Of a stretch of DNA of 64,000 nt, positions 52,379 to 64,000 are shown in pieces. The stretch's first letter is position 1. The number at the start of each line of letters is the position of its first letter. The stretch is from contig BDGG01000002.1 in NCBI GenBank assembly GCA_001949185.1, forward strand, positions 4,082,448 through 4,146,447, written 5' to 3'. The stretch comes from Ramazzottius varieornatus (Eukaryota; Animalia; Tardigrada). Both the position numbers and the translations under genes were made by a program. The notes beneath the pieces are model-generated. The model was given only the letters and a program-made list of their open reading frames with translations. It searched no databases and was not told the DNA's origin.

Positions 52379-55300
52379 ATGGAGAATGCCAGAAAGTCTC
52401 TGCTCAGCCGGGTCGTGGAGGCTCACACTGGAGGCATCCTCCGGAATGCCATCAAGCAGGCCGATAAGACGCGCCAGGCATGTATAGAGACCCCTTTCTT
52501 TACAACAAGCGAAAGCTTTCAAAAACTGCATTTGCAAGCCTTTGTTGGGCCAGAAGGAGATGACCGGTACCGAGAGAAGCCAAAAACACCTGGGTAAAGG
52601 CCTTTCTAATACTTTCTACAAAGGTGCTTTTACAGATCTATGGAAAAGCAACGCCCAGTATCTCCTCCACGGAGACCGGAAAACCATTAGGTAAAGAGAT
52701 TACCGTAGCAAGAGGTCCACTGCAGTAGCAGAACTGGCTCTCTCGCGGTGGACTCCGTAACTTGGCTTTTTTTGTAAAGCCTAGTTTCCTTCCCATGGCT
52801 GGTTTGATGTTTTTTGTTTGACAGAAAAATCAAAAGCTAAGCCTGATATCATGCCGGACAGTATGCGAAGTGAGATGACCCATCTTCTGCTGGACGCAGT
52901 TTCCCGATGCAGCCGCCAGAAGATGCGGTTCATCCTAATGACTATCCGCCAAAAGAGCGGGGTGGACAGTTATATGGACTATAACGACCTTGTCAAGATT
53001 TTGCAGGTAACAAACCGAAAGGAAAACCCATATTTTACATGGAAGCACTAACGGACGCTCTCTAACAGGACAATGGTCTAATAGTCCCTACTTTGGCCTC
53101 TGGGATGATCCAAAACTTTTGTTCTGACCAGCTAGGCGTCGATGCGGAGAAAGTGTGGAAGCTCCTGATGGACGTCCACGGCCAGAGCGGTACGTTAATT
53201 GAGACTGGACTTTGTTCACCAATTTGCTTAGTTGGGTCTTGTAACTGAGGTGTTTTCATTATCGTATAGAGCGCGACAGCGTTCGAGCTCGAAAAGGCAT
53301 GCATCTTCGCACGCCTGTCATTTCCGTGTTCGCCGACGTTGGTGGGGACCGTGAAGTGCTGGAGCGAATGGAGGAACAGCTATTGGGTCTTTCGGAGGGC
53401 ACATTCGATTACACTGCTTTCAAGGTATGTACCAATGTCCAGTACTGCTGTTTTTGCCAAAAAGGACCTATACTGTAGCTTAGAAAACTCTACACGATAG
53501 AACGCCGTACTGGCATTGGATAAGACTCGTCAAGGGTACGTCGCCAACACGCAGGTAATTTCCTTCTTTAGCATGATTACCCACAGAATCGAAAGTAATT
53601 CCTTTCGGGTCACACGATACATTTTGACAGCTGCTGAAAGTCTGCCGGGACTATGGATTTCCAGTAAAAGGAGACTTGCTTAAGAGGCTCTTGATCCGCT
53701 GTGATGACGACAATAACGGCAAAATCAGGTAAGTGATTCTTCGACCTTTCCTTCGATCGAACTTTAGACCTACTGTACTTACCCAATCTGTATCGACCTG
53801 TTTGCAGTCACCGAGAACTGTTTGTGCTGTTGGACAAAGCCGTCGGCAATGCTCTCAAGGTGATGCCAAGGCTGTTTCAAAAGAAGGAAGAGCTCGCTAC
53901 GGGACGGGCAAGCCGTAACGAAACCGGCAGGATAATGCGGGAAGGAACCGTGGACCTGCTCAGAACGACGAGCCGGCTGTCGGTGGGCTTGTCGCGGAAT
54001 GTGTCGTCGGATCGTCTGAGTGCTTTAAATGAGGTCGACGACAGCGGACCCGGAAGCGATACCATCACTGACATAACGGGCAATGATGGTAAAAGTTGAA
54101 ATACGTCTTGCATGGATCTCCGTTTCAGTACAAAATCTACTTTAAAACGGGGCAAAAGCCTAAAACGGCGGAACCAGATCCTAAAATTGAAGTAAGACAA
54201 TTTCTGAGACGAGGGAACCATATCCAACCAGATCGTTACCTCAAGTGGCGCACATTTTCGTTGTCAATAGCTGGAGGTCTGCGCCACCTGAGAAACCATC
54301 TGGTTTCGTTTATTTGCCCACATAAACTTTTGATGCGACGTTTCTGGTTTCGATCGTAGCAGACTTTAAAGCCAGGAAGACTTCACTAGCTGCCAACTCT
54401 GTCAGCTCGTTGGGCATCGAAGACCCTAAAGCAAAGGGTAAAGGTGGCAAGATGAAAGGACTCTTTGGCCGGAAGAAGGGTAACGCGAAGGAAACCGATT
54501 CGCCCGGGCAGAGTCTGACGTTGGACAACTCATCAGACAGCGTCTCGATGGCTTCCGCTAACTATGGCACCATCGCGAAGGGCGTTGCCCTGACCAACAA
54601 TGGCATGACGGGAGCTAATGGTCTCCAAGAGAAAGCTATCCGGCCAGTAGTGCGGAAGATCGGCGACCATAAGATTATTCTGTGGCCGCCGGATGAGTAC
54701 TTCGATACAGTTACGCCCAAGGTGCGCGAACCCAGCTTGGAATGGGTGTATGGCTACAGTGGGTTCTCGCACCGGAACAACATTGTTCTTTTGCATGACA
54801 CGGCTATCATCGTGTACTTCGTGGGCAGAATAATCGTACTGTACAATCTGAACGCTGATACCCAGCGACATTACTGCGAACACGACGGGATAGTCCAAGT
54901 AAGTTATTTCTTTGAATATATTTCGTCGACGCTATATGTCCTGCGTCCTCGTTTGTCTTTAGTGCATATCAGTCATGTCCAACGGAACGATTGCGGCCAG
55001 TGGTCAACAACCAGCTTTGGAAGATGGACCGGTAAGTTACTGTAGTTCGGTTTTCGATACAGCCAGTTGGGCGGTCACGGCCATTTCCTCTATGGAATGA
55101 ATCATGGGCTTTGATTTATAGGCGATCGTCCGGGTGTGGACGGTGGATCACCTGCAGACTCTTCACGTCTTCAAAAGCGACGCGTCGATGGGCTCCGCTC
55201 TTAGGAAGTCAGTGGCTGCTCTCTCCTTTACGAAAGAAGAGGATGCAATAGTGGCTATCGACGATGGGAAACCTCGTACCATGTCGGTCTGGTCCTTGGA

Positions 55301-57249
55301 GACTGGCCAAATGCTGGCGTCCAAGCCGTGCACGGAAAGCCCGGTCGTCTGTGGAATACTCTGCTTACGAGGTTCACGCGCATTTTGCATCGTGCTAGAA
55401 AGTGCGCGAGTTTACGTGGGTTGGTTTATTTTCAGCGTCGTCGAAGGACCCGCTGTACCTAGTATACGGAAGGAACTTGATGGAAATTTGGAAGATTGTG
55501 CCGACCGAGAACAAGATCGACTTTGTCAAGCAGTGCGTCTTTGGTCAGATTCCGAAACCGTCCATCGTCACTAGCGTCATTGAAGCACCAGTGGTTGTTG
55601 ATGGTATGCCACGTACCGTGCTGATTTCGGGGGACTCGGACGGCAACGTCATTTTGTGGAGCGACGAAATGCGACCGAAGAACGTCCTCCAAAACGGCAA
55701 CAAGGCTTGTAAAATTTCGAGCAGTATTTTCAAAAGAAAAAACGCAGTAGTACTGTATTGTAAAATCCCGAATAGTAGGAAGGTATAGTTAAACCAAAAG
55801 AAACGGAGCTGAAATCGTTCCGCTTTTTACAGGTTCCGGTCTTCACACTTTGTTCCCTTTCACCCTCCCACGTCATGATCGGTTCACGAGATGGTCAGAT
55901 GGGCGTAATTCGTTTGGCTGGAGAGAGTACGGTGAAGATATCCAAGAACAAGATCCCCGAGCAGTACGGAGGTCTTCGCATGCTAACTCCTATGAAAGAC
56001 TCTAACTCTGACACTGGTTTGGATGTCAGTCTGTCGGTGATAGCTGGGACAACGGCCAACGCTCTGCTTCGTGTCACCTTCACGACCACGAACGGCGAAC
56101 CGGAAGCCGACCAGCATGACATGCAGGCCGTCACAGTCGGTCATTTTGACGAAGCTGTTGGCCTGAGTACCTACGTTCATCCGGAGGATAACACTCGGAC
56201 GATGGCGATCACGGTTGGTATGGATGGCAATATCAACTGTTTCGACTTGGCGAAACATGCTCCGGCGTGGAGAACCTTTCTGAAGGACTCGATGGTCACT
56301 GCAGTCGACTGTTACCCGCCCTTCTTGGTTGTGGGAACATCGGACGCTAAGCTGAAACTGTTCCACCTAACCGAACCCGAACTGACTTTGATATTGCAGG
56401 TAAGCATTTCTATAAAGTGATGAAAAATAATGTTGATAAATTTTTTTCTGGTTGTTTGACGATTCGATAATTCGCTCGGTATTTTAGGCTAGTGTGGGTA
56501 AGGAGAAGGTGGCATGCCTAAAGTTCTCTCCGGACGGGACCTTCTTCGCGGTGGCCAGCCAGGACGGTGAAGTACATATCTTCCGCCTAGAAGAAACCGA
56601 AGGAGTATCAGCGAGCTTCGTGTCAAAGTTCGACAAGCACGACTATCCCGTGATCGCCATCGACTGGTCGCGCAACCCGGCACGGGATGGACACTACGTC
56701 ATTCATAGCAATTCCTACGAGTTCGAGAACCTGCTGTGGGATGCTCTTACCACCGAGTTTCTCGGTACGTGCTGTCTCATTCCACTGTAGACTTCTGTGA
56801 CTCACGACTAGAATCACTGGTAAATCGTTTTCACTGCAGAAGAGGCGCATTTCTACCGTAACGTCAAATGGCTCACTCAAAACTGCCCATTTGGGTTCGC
56901 TAGCGCCACGAGTAAGTTCTTGAGACCACTGGTTCTTCAAGATTAGTACTTCGATATATAGTCTTTGTCTTCTGCAGGTGTGACGTGGGATAACAACAGT
57001 TTGGAGGGAAACGTAGTCTGTACGGATGTGTCGCCCACTCTTGATATGGTGGCGGCTGTGGTGACGGGACAGCGGAATCAGATAGGGCTGTACTCGTATC
57101 CCAACGCCAACGTGGCCGTGGTGAAACGGATGCAGCCCACTTGTTCAACCACCATTACTTCCTTAAAGCTTTGCTACCTAAACAATACGTTATACTTGCT
57201 GTGCACGCATGGTGGTGATGGGAGCGTGTCCCAGTGGGCCCTTCGGTGA
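52379..57249 (+). CDS. EMAP-like (EML) HELP/WD40 microtubule-associated protein with N-terminal EF-hand-like motifs
   Basis: EF-hand-like loops 'LDKTRQGYVANTQL' and 'CDDDNNGKISHRELF'; HELP motif 'PSLEWVYGYSGFSHRNN....IVYF....VLYN....QRHY.EH'; WD40 repeats 'LISGDSDGNVILW', 'IAGTTANALL', 'GHFDE', 'LKFSPDG.FFAVASQDG', 'IDWS', 'GGDGSVSQW'; start uncertain (52379 or 52560). Confidence 0.8.
54226..54305. repeat. Palindromic element copy 11 (EML-like intron)
   Basis: aaccagatcgttacctcaaGTGGCGCAC-N25-CTGCGCCACctgagaaaccatctggtt. Confidence 0.85.
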
Positions 57250-57663
57250 TCAACTGCCCGGGGGAATCATACGTATCTGGTTATTGAATCTTGAATCTTG
57301 AATCTGAACTCCTTCTCAAACTGAATTTCTGAAGGTTGAGAGTCGACATACAAAAATTTGCCAAGATCCCGTGAGGGTTGCTGGTCGATTGGTTACTGGT
57401 TTTACCATAACTCTGTAAATTAACTCGGTTTGCCGCCATCAGTCAGATTAATATGGATCTTCTCCATCAAACTATCGATTTTCGATCCAGAGTTCGGAAA
57501 AGGCTGCGGCGTTGGAGCCGGAAGTGGAGATTAGCACAGAGGGCATGAGCAATTTGTGAAATCGATCTCCAGCACGGTTAGGCTCGCCGAGCAACTTCCG
57601 CCTCTTTGAAGAAGGAGGTGTGGTCAAAGTAGTCGCTAATGTAAGGACGCCGAGTTTGCGGAG

Positions 57664-58362
57664 ATGGTGTTGACTTCAGCAGAAGGAATAAATGCCACCA
57701 CCTTTATGGTCCTAATGGGTAAGTGTCGCAGTCCCGACTCGAATTCTGTTGTGATATCAGATCTTCATTTCTGGACACTGCCACCCTCATAACTCTGATT
57801 TTGAGGTGGGATATTCTTCGCCAAGGCAAAGTATCCAGACCGTTTGCCGACGGACAGCTCGCCGGCCGCGTGGACAGCCCAAGGACCCGGCTGCACGTGC
57901 CCATTCACCTACGATCCGGTATGCGGGAAGGATGGATTTACCTACGTCAACATCTGTGAAGCGCTCTGCGACGGTGAGTTACCCACTGATCATGAACACC
58001 TTTTCTCAGGATAACTGACATTTTCGGACATGTTTCGTCTTTGTGTGACAGGGATGGAAGTAGACTACCTTGGGATGTGTGCGGCAAACGACGACGACCC
58101 ACGGGTAAATACTAGGGAGGACATGTGCACCTCATGCCCGATCCTCGTCAAATGGGTCTGCGGAGTGGACGGAAGTAACTACGCCAGTGGCTGCGCTGCT
58201 ATTTGTAACGGTAACGCGAGACTTGGCCAACTCGATATCTTGTTCGGACACGGAACGTCAATCTTAAACGGAAGAAGTACCCATTTACTCCCGTTTCCAG
58301 GAATCCGGGTGGCATACGCGGGCACTTGTGCGAACAGCGAAGACCAGCGTGACTTCGTCTAA
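57664..58362 (+). CDS. Secreted two-domain Kazal-type serine protease inhibitor
   Basis: Kazal 1 'CTCPFTYDPVCGKDGFTYVNICEALCDG....YLGMC'; Kazal 2 'CTSCPILVKWVCGVDGSNYASGCAAICNG|IRVAYAGTC'; hydrophobic N-terminus; 4 exons. Confidence 0.85.
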
Positions 58363-58651
58363 ATTACTCGAACAGGTCCTGCGGCCGGACGAAAAGTCCT
58401 CACAAAGATACTACCTTATGATTACTTCATCGGCTCCACTTTTTGATCTTCTAGGAAATTTCCATTTAGCCTCTTGGCTAAATCTATAGACACAAGAAAC
58501 AAAGAAAGCGGGACTTCGTCCAAAGGCAAACCAAAGCACTAGCTCGCTCTTTGAATTTCAGCACGACGAAAGAAAACACCGTGAAAGCACACCTAAGTTA
58601 GATATTTCGCTTGAATTACGAATAGCAGAACACGTTAAACCGACCGGTAGA

Positions 58652-61055
58652 TCACATGAATTTCAGAACGAAGACTCGCGCGTCGGGCGACGTCGCGTCA
58701 GCAACAATGATTTGCTGCTCATCCGTTAAACCCAAGGATTTCAGCGACTTTTCCAAATTCTCCCGAGTAGCCACTTCCAAAGCCGGGATATTGGGGATGT
58801 ACAGTGTCTTTTTCTTCCCGTCGATGGTCGTAGTGATACCGGGAGACCTCATCTGACTATGACGGAGAATGATCTTAGTCGCACAAACTACAAATGAAAA
58901 CAACCGATCACAGAGTACGTACTAGGTAGGATGGTCCTTCAGTATGTCAATCAGGTCCTGCAAGGTATCCGACGACTTGACTTCCACCTTTTGGATATTC
59001 CGGGAACAAGCCAGACAGTTCTCATTTCGCTGTATCTGAAAGCTGCTGGAGTAAATGCCGTCTGTGTCATTGAAGAGCAGGAAGTTGTCTAAGGTGGGGT
59101 ACATGTATGACGCTAGCTTCAGAACTTCCGTCGCGCAAAGAGCTGCAATGGACAGAAATACACTGTGGTTTCTTTTCCATATGAGTAACTCAGGAATGAC
59201 GTCACGAAATCTGGTCTGTTGAGAGATCGCGAGCGAGCTCAGGTTTGGCTTGGAAGGCGCAAAAATCTGGTTAGCATTTCGTCACATCTGCGGGAAAAAG
59301 CGCCAGTTGACGACAAGATGAGGTCAAACATCCACGCCAGAGTTCGTCCGCAATGGCTCAACAAGTCGCATTTTTACCACGTGACACCTGAGTTACTTTG
59401 CCCTCTACTCAATATTCAGAAGTGTCGGAAGTAACAGTTACCAGCTACAATAGCGTTCGTCGAAGCCACTGCCGGTATGATATTCTTCACCACTCCTAAC
59501 AAAGAATAATGCGTTTCTTACAGAAGACCGATCAGAAGCCGCCAGTAAAGTTTACCTAAAGTTAGGCGGTAAGTTACACCCTGAATGCCATATTCCTTGG
59601 CTCGTTCTTCAGCCCTCGAAGTGATCCACTGGACGTGCTGTGGGTCGTCACCATCAACGGCCACTCCAGCTACAGAATCCAAACAAGGAAGTCTAATAAC
59701 AATCTCATACAGTACACGGAGTTCGGAATTACTTACATCCAAACGGTTCCATCTTCGGCCACATGACTACTTTAACATACTCGACACAGTGTTCTGGCAG
59801 GCGAGGAGTATGGGCAATTGTGCACATCGGAAAGTTCACCTGCAAAAATAACAGTTGTGCCGTTCTAAGCAAATTTCTTCGGCAGGCTGACATCCGAAGA
59901 CTTACTGCAGGTGGGTAAAGGTCCATAGAACATTCCAAGCAGGCCGTCATGCCGGGAATGATCACACGTAAATTTCCCTTGAAGCCCTCCGTTCCACCGT
60001 CAACCATAGGGATCATGGAGGTTGGATCCAGGGTGCCATCGTCATCATACCGAAGCATGGATATCTAAAACTGCAGCAAGTCAGCAGAGAAAACTTTCAG
60101 CGAAGCAGACAAAATAATCACGATCATGCCGTTCGTCCACCGGCGCGCCTGAATGGAATCCAGACCGCAAACTATGATAGGAAACCCTGAAACGAAAGTG
60201 TTCTTGTATTACGTCCAAGCGTCCAATGGAAATAAGGCCGCCAGGGAGAATATACGCTTACTTCTGTAGAACTCTTCGTCGAACTCTTCAATCCGATTAC
60301 AATACCTACAGGCGCAAGAGCCCCTAACAGTCATACTTCAGCAAAACAGAAGCCGCGAGCATATGTGGACACTTACGCCTGAACGTTACACTGCGGAATT
60401 CTTTCGTTTATGAACCGAGCAGCGCATTCCGCTTTGCTCTTTCCGATATCAGAATGCCTGCAAGAAAGCATAACGTAACGTCTCCTGGTCAGTTAGAACA
60501 TCGATGCGGCTGCTCACCTGAACAAGAACTGTCGATTCAGGTTGGAAAGGTCGATGGTGTCCATATCAATGACGTGCAGTTGGCGAAATCCCAAAAGTGC
60601 CTGTATGAAACAAGAGGACGATGTTGTATATTCACTGAAATTCTAGCCGGAAGTAACAAACATACTACGCATGCGGATACGTACCAAATCTTTCAAAAGC
60701 TCACAACCCAAACCACCGGCCCCGATGATCAGGATGTTCAAATTATTCTGCATGAAGTCCAGCAACTAAAATGGAAAACGAAGCATATAGAAAAGTTAGG
60801 AGAGGAATTATAGGTGTGCCAACCATTGCAAGTTCACAACTACAGTATATGAGCATTAGGCTATACCTCCTTGGACGGTTCAAACTCCGGTCTAGTCAAG
60901 CGGTTGCCTTCACGAGTGACAAGGTTTGCCACGGCTTTGTTAAGGCATCCACCAGAACCTCCGTGAAAGTCCCCCATCTGGAAATCATCCTCCCCGGCGT
61001 CGATATCCCGCTCCACATCGCTGCTTCCGTTAACACCGTTTGTCGCTGCCGCCAT
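58652..61055 (-). CDS. UBA3: NEDD8-activating enzyme E1 catalytic subunit
   Basis: '[17 protein letters not shown]', '[17 protein letters not shown]', '[12 protein letters not shown]', '[20 protein letters not shown]', catalytic '[19 protein letters not shown]', '[12 protein letters not shown]', C-terminal E2-binding 'KKTLY...LE..TRENL.K.L...VADATSP'. Confidence 0.95.
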
Positions 61056-61655
61056 CCTGCTCCACGTCACGCAGTCTCAAATAGCGGTCTCCAACCTAAA
61101 TCTGTGACCCTTTACCTGTAAAGAAACCGAGCTTGACGCAATCTCAAGCGCAAGGACTAACTAAGTGAGAAGGCAGAAAAGACAACTTTAAAGAACTTGT
61201 TCCGGATTCGGAAATCGGGCGAAAAAACTCCTTTGTTTTGGTTTTCTTGCAGGTTTCCGCAATGTTGCGGAAATTGCGATGAATGCGAAGTCATGGCAGG
61301 CTGTCTATGCGTTGTATTGCAGTAAGTGGAACATGCATCAAGCAATCAACATATCCACCCAACAGATTTCTTAACTTACAGTTAATCCGTTCGACTCACC
61401 AGATCTTCTTTTCGCTGTTTAGAAATCAGAAATTGCGAAAATTGTTGTCCTCCACCTCCAGTTCTCCTTCTTAGTTCTGAAGTGCCGTTTCAAGTTGATC
61501 AGGTATGGGATGCCTTGCCGAGGGTTCAACATGGTGTCGATACGGGAAAAAATAATGAGGTGCTGGGCGGAGTGAGGAGAGGCCACTGGAAAGCGTCCGC
61601 CGAATCCCGAGCGTCATTCGGACATCCAGTACGTACTACATAATTACACTGCACT
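61056..61655. promoter_or_regulatory. Probable bidirectional promoter between UBA3 (-) and presenilin (+)
   Basis: Divergent start codons ~600 bp apart. Confidence 0.35.
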
Positions 61656-63858
61656 ATGAACGGACAGGACAACACCTATCCCGATACCATCGTGGTCCTG
61701 AACCAGTCGAATGTTCCTCGGACAGTTGTCAGAGCCATGGTGAGTTCGCTCACAGGATGTTTCTACTCGTGCATGGCCTCATGGTACTTGCTTATATTAA
61801 TAGAATCCTACGGAGTCTAACATTAACGTCGACCATTCGGTCCAGCCTCACCGCAGTCGTCGCAGCCGCGCAGATGCTACAAATTCACCTCCGGACCCGG
61901 ATAACGAATCGAGAGAAGCCCGCAGAGCTGCTCGACGTGCTCAAACCGAAGCGGAACGAACTGCAGCTGCTGCTGCTGCAGAGGAAGAAGAGGAGGAAGA
62001 AGAGATGAAATATGGAGCTGAACATGTTATCAAACTGTTCGTACCAGTGGCCATATGCATGTTGGTTGTAGTTAGTGTCATCACTTCGATTGAATTCTAC
62101 ACTGAACGAGCTGGTTACCTGTAAGTGCCCATTCGAAGTTCTGTCTTTGCCCTGTGGTACTGCAGCACTAAGCAAGACAGGGAAACCTATTTGAATTGCA
62201 TGGTGGAGTTCCCCTTCCGGTCCGTTCGGAAATTTTGTTTTGATAGCGAAGCTACCGATATTTGGTATTCTCTGACAGGATCTACACGCCGTTTCACGAG
62301 ACGTCAACGGATACAGGCACGAAGATCTGGAACTCGTTGGCGAATGCGGGAATTATGATTTCCGTTGTTATTGTTATGACAGTGTTGCTCATAACGCTGT
62401 ACAAGTATCGTTGCTATAAGGTACGTAAGGGGATATCTCTTTGGAAACTCTTCCGAATCAACACTGTCGTTTGTGGAAACGAGCATTTTAAATTCGATTA
62501 TCGATTGCATGTTGTCAAAAATCACCTGCTGATTAATTATCGATTTTCCCTTGGTTCAGTTCATTCAAGGTTGGCTGATCTTCTCGTCGCTGACGCTGCT
62601 CTTCATGTTTTCCTTCATCTTTTTGGGGGAAGTTCTACGCACTTACAACATTCCGATTGATCAGATTACGGTAGCCATCCTGATCTGGAACTTTGGGTGT
62701 GTCGGCATGGTTTGCATCCACTGGAGCGGGCCGTTGTTTCTCCAGCAAGCTTACCTCATTGCCGTTAGCGCTCTAATGGCCCTGACATTCATCAAGTACT
62801 TGCCGGATTGGACCACATGGGCAGTTTTAGTTGCCATCTCCGTGTGGGGTCAGTAAGCGAAAAACTAAGCATTCTGTTTTGTTCCTGGAAATATTGTTTT
62901 GTAGATCTTATTGCTGTTCTCTGCCCGTATGGCCCGTTGAGGATCTTGGTTGAAACTGCACAAGAACGCAATGAGCCCATTTTCCCTGGACTGATCTACA
63001 CTTGTAAGTACAGCAAACCAATCATTTATGCCTTGAGTTTGCCATTGGGTTCAGACAGTAACGTCGGTTCTGCCTTTAGCGTCGGTGATATATGCGTACA
63101 CGATTCTGCTCAGCGACAACCCGGAACTGAGGAACTCACCTGCTGGACCTGCCTCCATTACGGCTCGTCCACATGCAGGGGCCGATATCGAGCGGCACAC
63201 AACGAACGGTGAAGCTGCGGAGGTTGTCGCTTCTACGACGGTTGCTACCACAGTTACTCGAGGAGCTCTAGCAGCAGGCTCGGGCGGTCGAGCCGAAAAC
63301 GCTCCTGCTGGTCCACGTCGAGTACCAGCCCCGCGACCACCTGTTGATCCTGATCTCGAAGAGGAAGAGCGTAAGACAGACCTCCTGTGTCATTACGCTT
63401 CATGTTCGATGTTTCAACTGTTCTGCCTTGTAGGAGGGATCAAATTAGGATTGGGAGATTTCATCTTCTATAGTATTTTAGTAGGGAAGGCTTCTTCATA
63501 CGGCGACTGGACAACGACGTTGGCGTGCTTCATAGCAATACTAATTGTAAGTGCTAATGACCTCTGGAGTGTTGATAGACTGCTCGAACTTCGAAAAAAA
63601 CATACATTACTTTTGGGCGGTTTTCGAATTGATGGTGTCACATGGGCCCGTTCGTACAATAACTGAAATTCAGGAGAAATAAGCGAGGAGTCTGGTTTGT
63701 AGGGACTGTGTCTGACCCTGTTGTTGCTGGCCATGTACCGGAAGGCTCTACCCGCTCTACCGATCTCAATCATCTTCGGCGTTGTTTTCTACTTTTCTAC
63801 TAGCAATTTCGTCACACCGTTCCTTGAGGCTTTGTCCAGCCAACAGATATTTTTATAG
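61656..63858 (+). CDS. Psn: Presenilin (gamma-secretase catalytic subunit)
   Basis: '[20 protein letters not shown]', 'IYTPFHE', 'LYKYRCYK', 'WNFG.VGM.CIHW.GP..LQQAYLI', 'ISVW|[29 protein letters not shown]', '[11 protein letters not shown]', 'ALPALPISI', ends QQIFL* (63856-63858). Confidence 0.97.
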
Positions 63859-64000
63859 CGCTTTCACTCACTAAAATTACCTTTGCTACATTGCACTTGC
63901 TTCTCATTGTCGCAGTCACGAAATACTTTTATGGACAAGAAAAGTTTTCGGCGTTAGGAGGCTGGTAATCGTTTTTTATTGTTTCTATATATGGATCGAT

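Noticed and set aside
1536-54305. Palindromic repeats as a CRISPR array or bacterial REP/attC system
   Set aside because: Copies are dispersed singly in spliceosomal introns of a eukaryotic genome; no repeat-spacer array, cas or integrase genes
57283-57308. (TTGAATC)3 short tandem repeat
   Set aside because: Trivial slippage repeat in a 3'UTR
59220-59330. Possible further palindromic-element copy in a UBA3 intron (also ~45237-45283)
   Set aside because: Cores degenerate and spacing does not fit 24-25 nt; not counted
62840-62915. Presenilin 'WD' instead of 'YD' at the first catalytic aspartate
   Set aside because: WD is a known invertebrate presenilin variant; both catalytic Asp motifs and PALP are intact

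Overview
Gene-dense window from a compact invertebrate (metazoan) nuclear genome: roughly 47% GC by eye, mostly 55-100 bp GT-AG introns. A tardigrade-like genome is my guess and is not verified. Reconstructing exons by hand gives about 16 spliced protein-coding genes: RalGDS/RGL, RAB5IF/OPTI, TAF1B/RRN7, two tandem SLC26 (prestin-like) anion transporters, TMEM69, an orphan S/T/P-rich protein, ZIP13, a TRPM-superfamily channel resembling TRPS/ced-11, ORC1, a divergent CK1-family kinase, couch potato/mec-8, an EF-hand plus EMAP-like WD40 protein, a two-domain Kazal inhibitor, UBA3 and presenilin. Also present are a divergent U2 snRNA, a ~0.92 kb TIR-bounded insertion, and a 3' remnant of a CRE-like non-LTR retrotransposon. 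The most striking unexplained signal is a family of at least 11 ~75-80 bp palindromic elements. Each has AAGTGGCGCAC, a 24-25 nt spacer, then GTGCGCCACTT, inside longer co-varying arms. They sit almost exclusively in the enlarged introns of unrelated genes, in either orientation. Exon boundaries and start codons were inferred by eye; no database searches were run.
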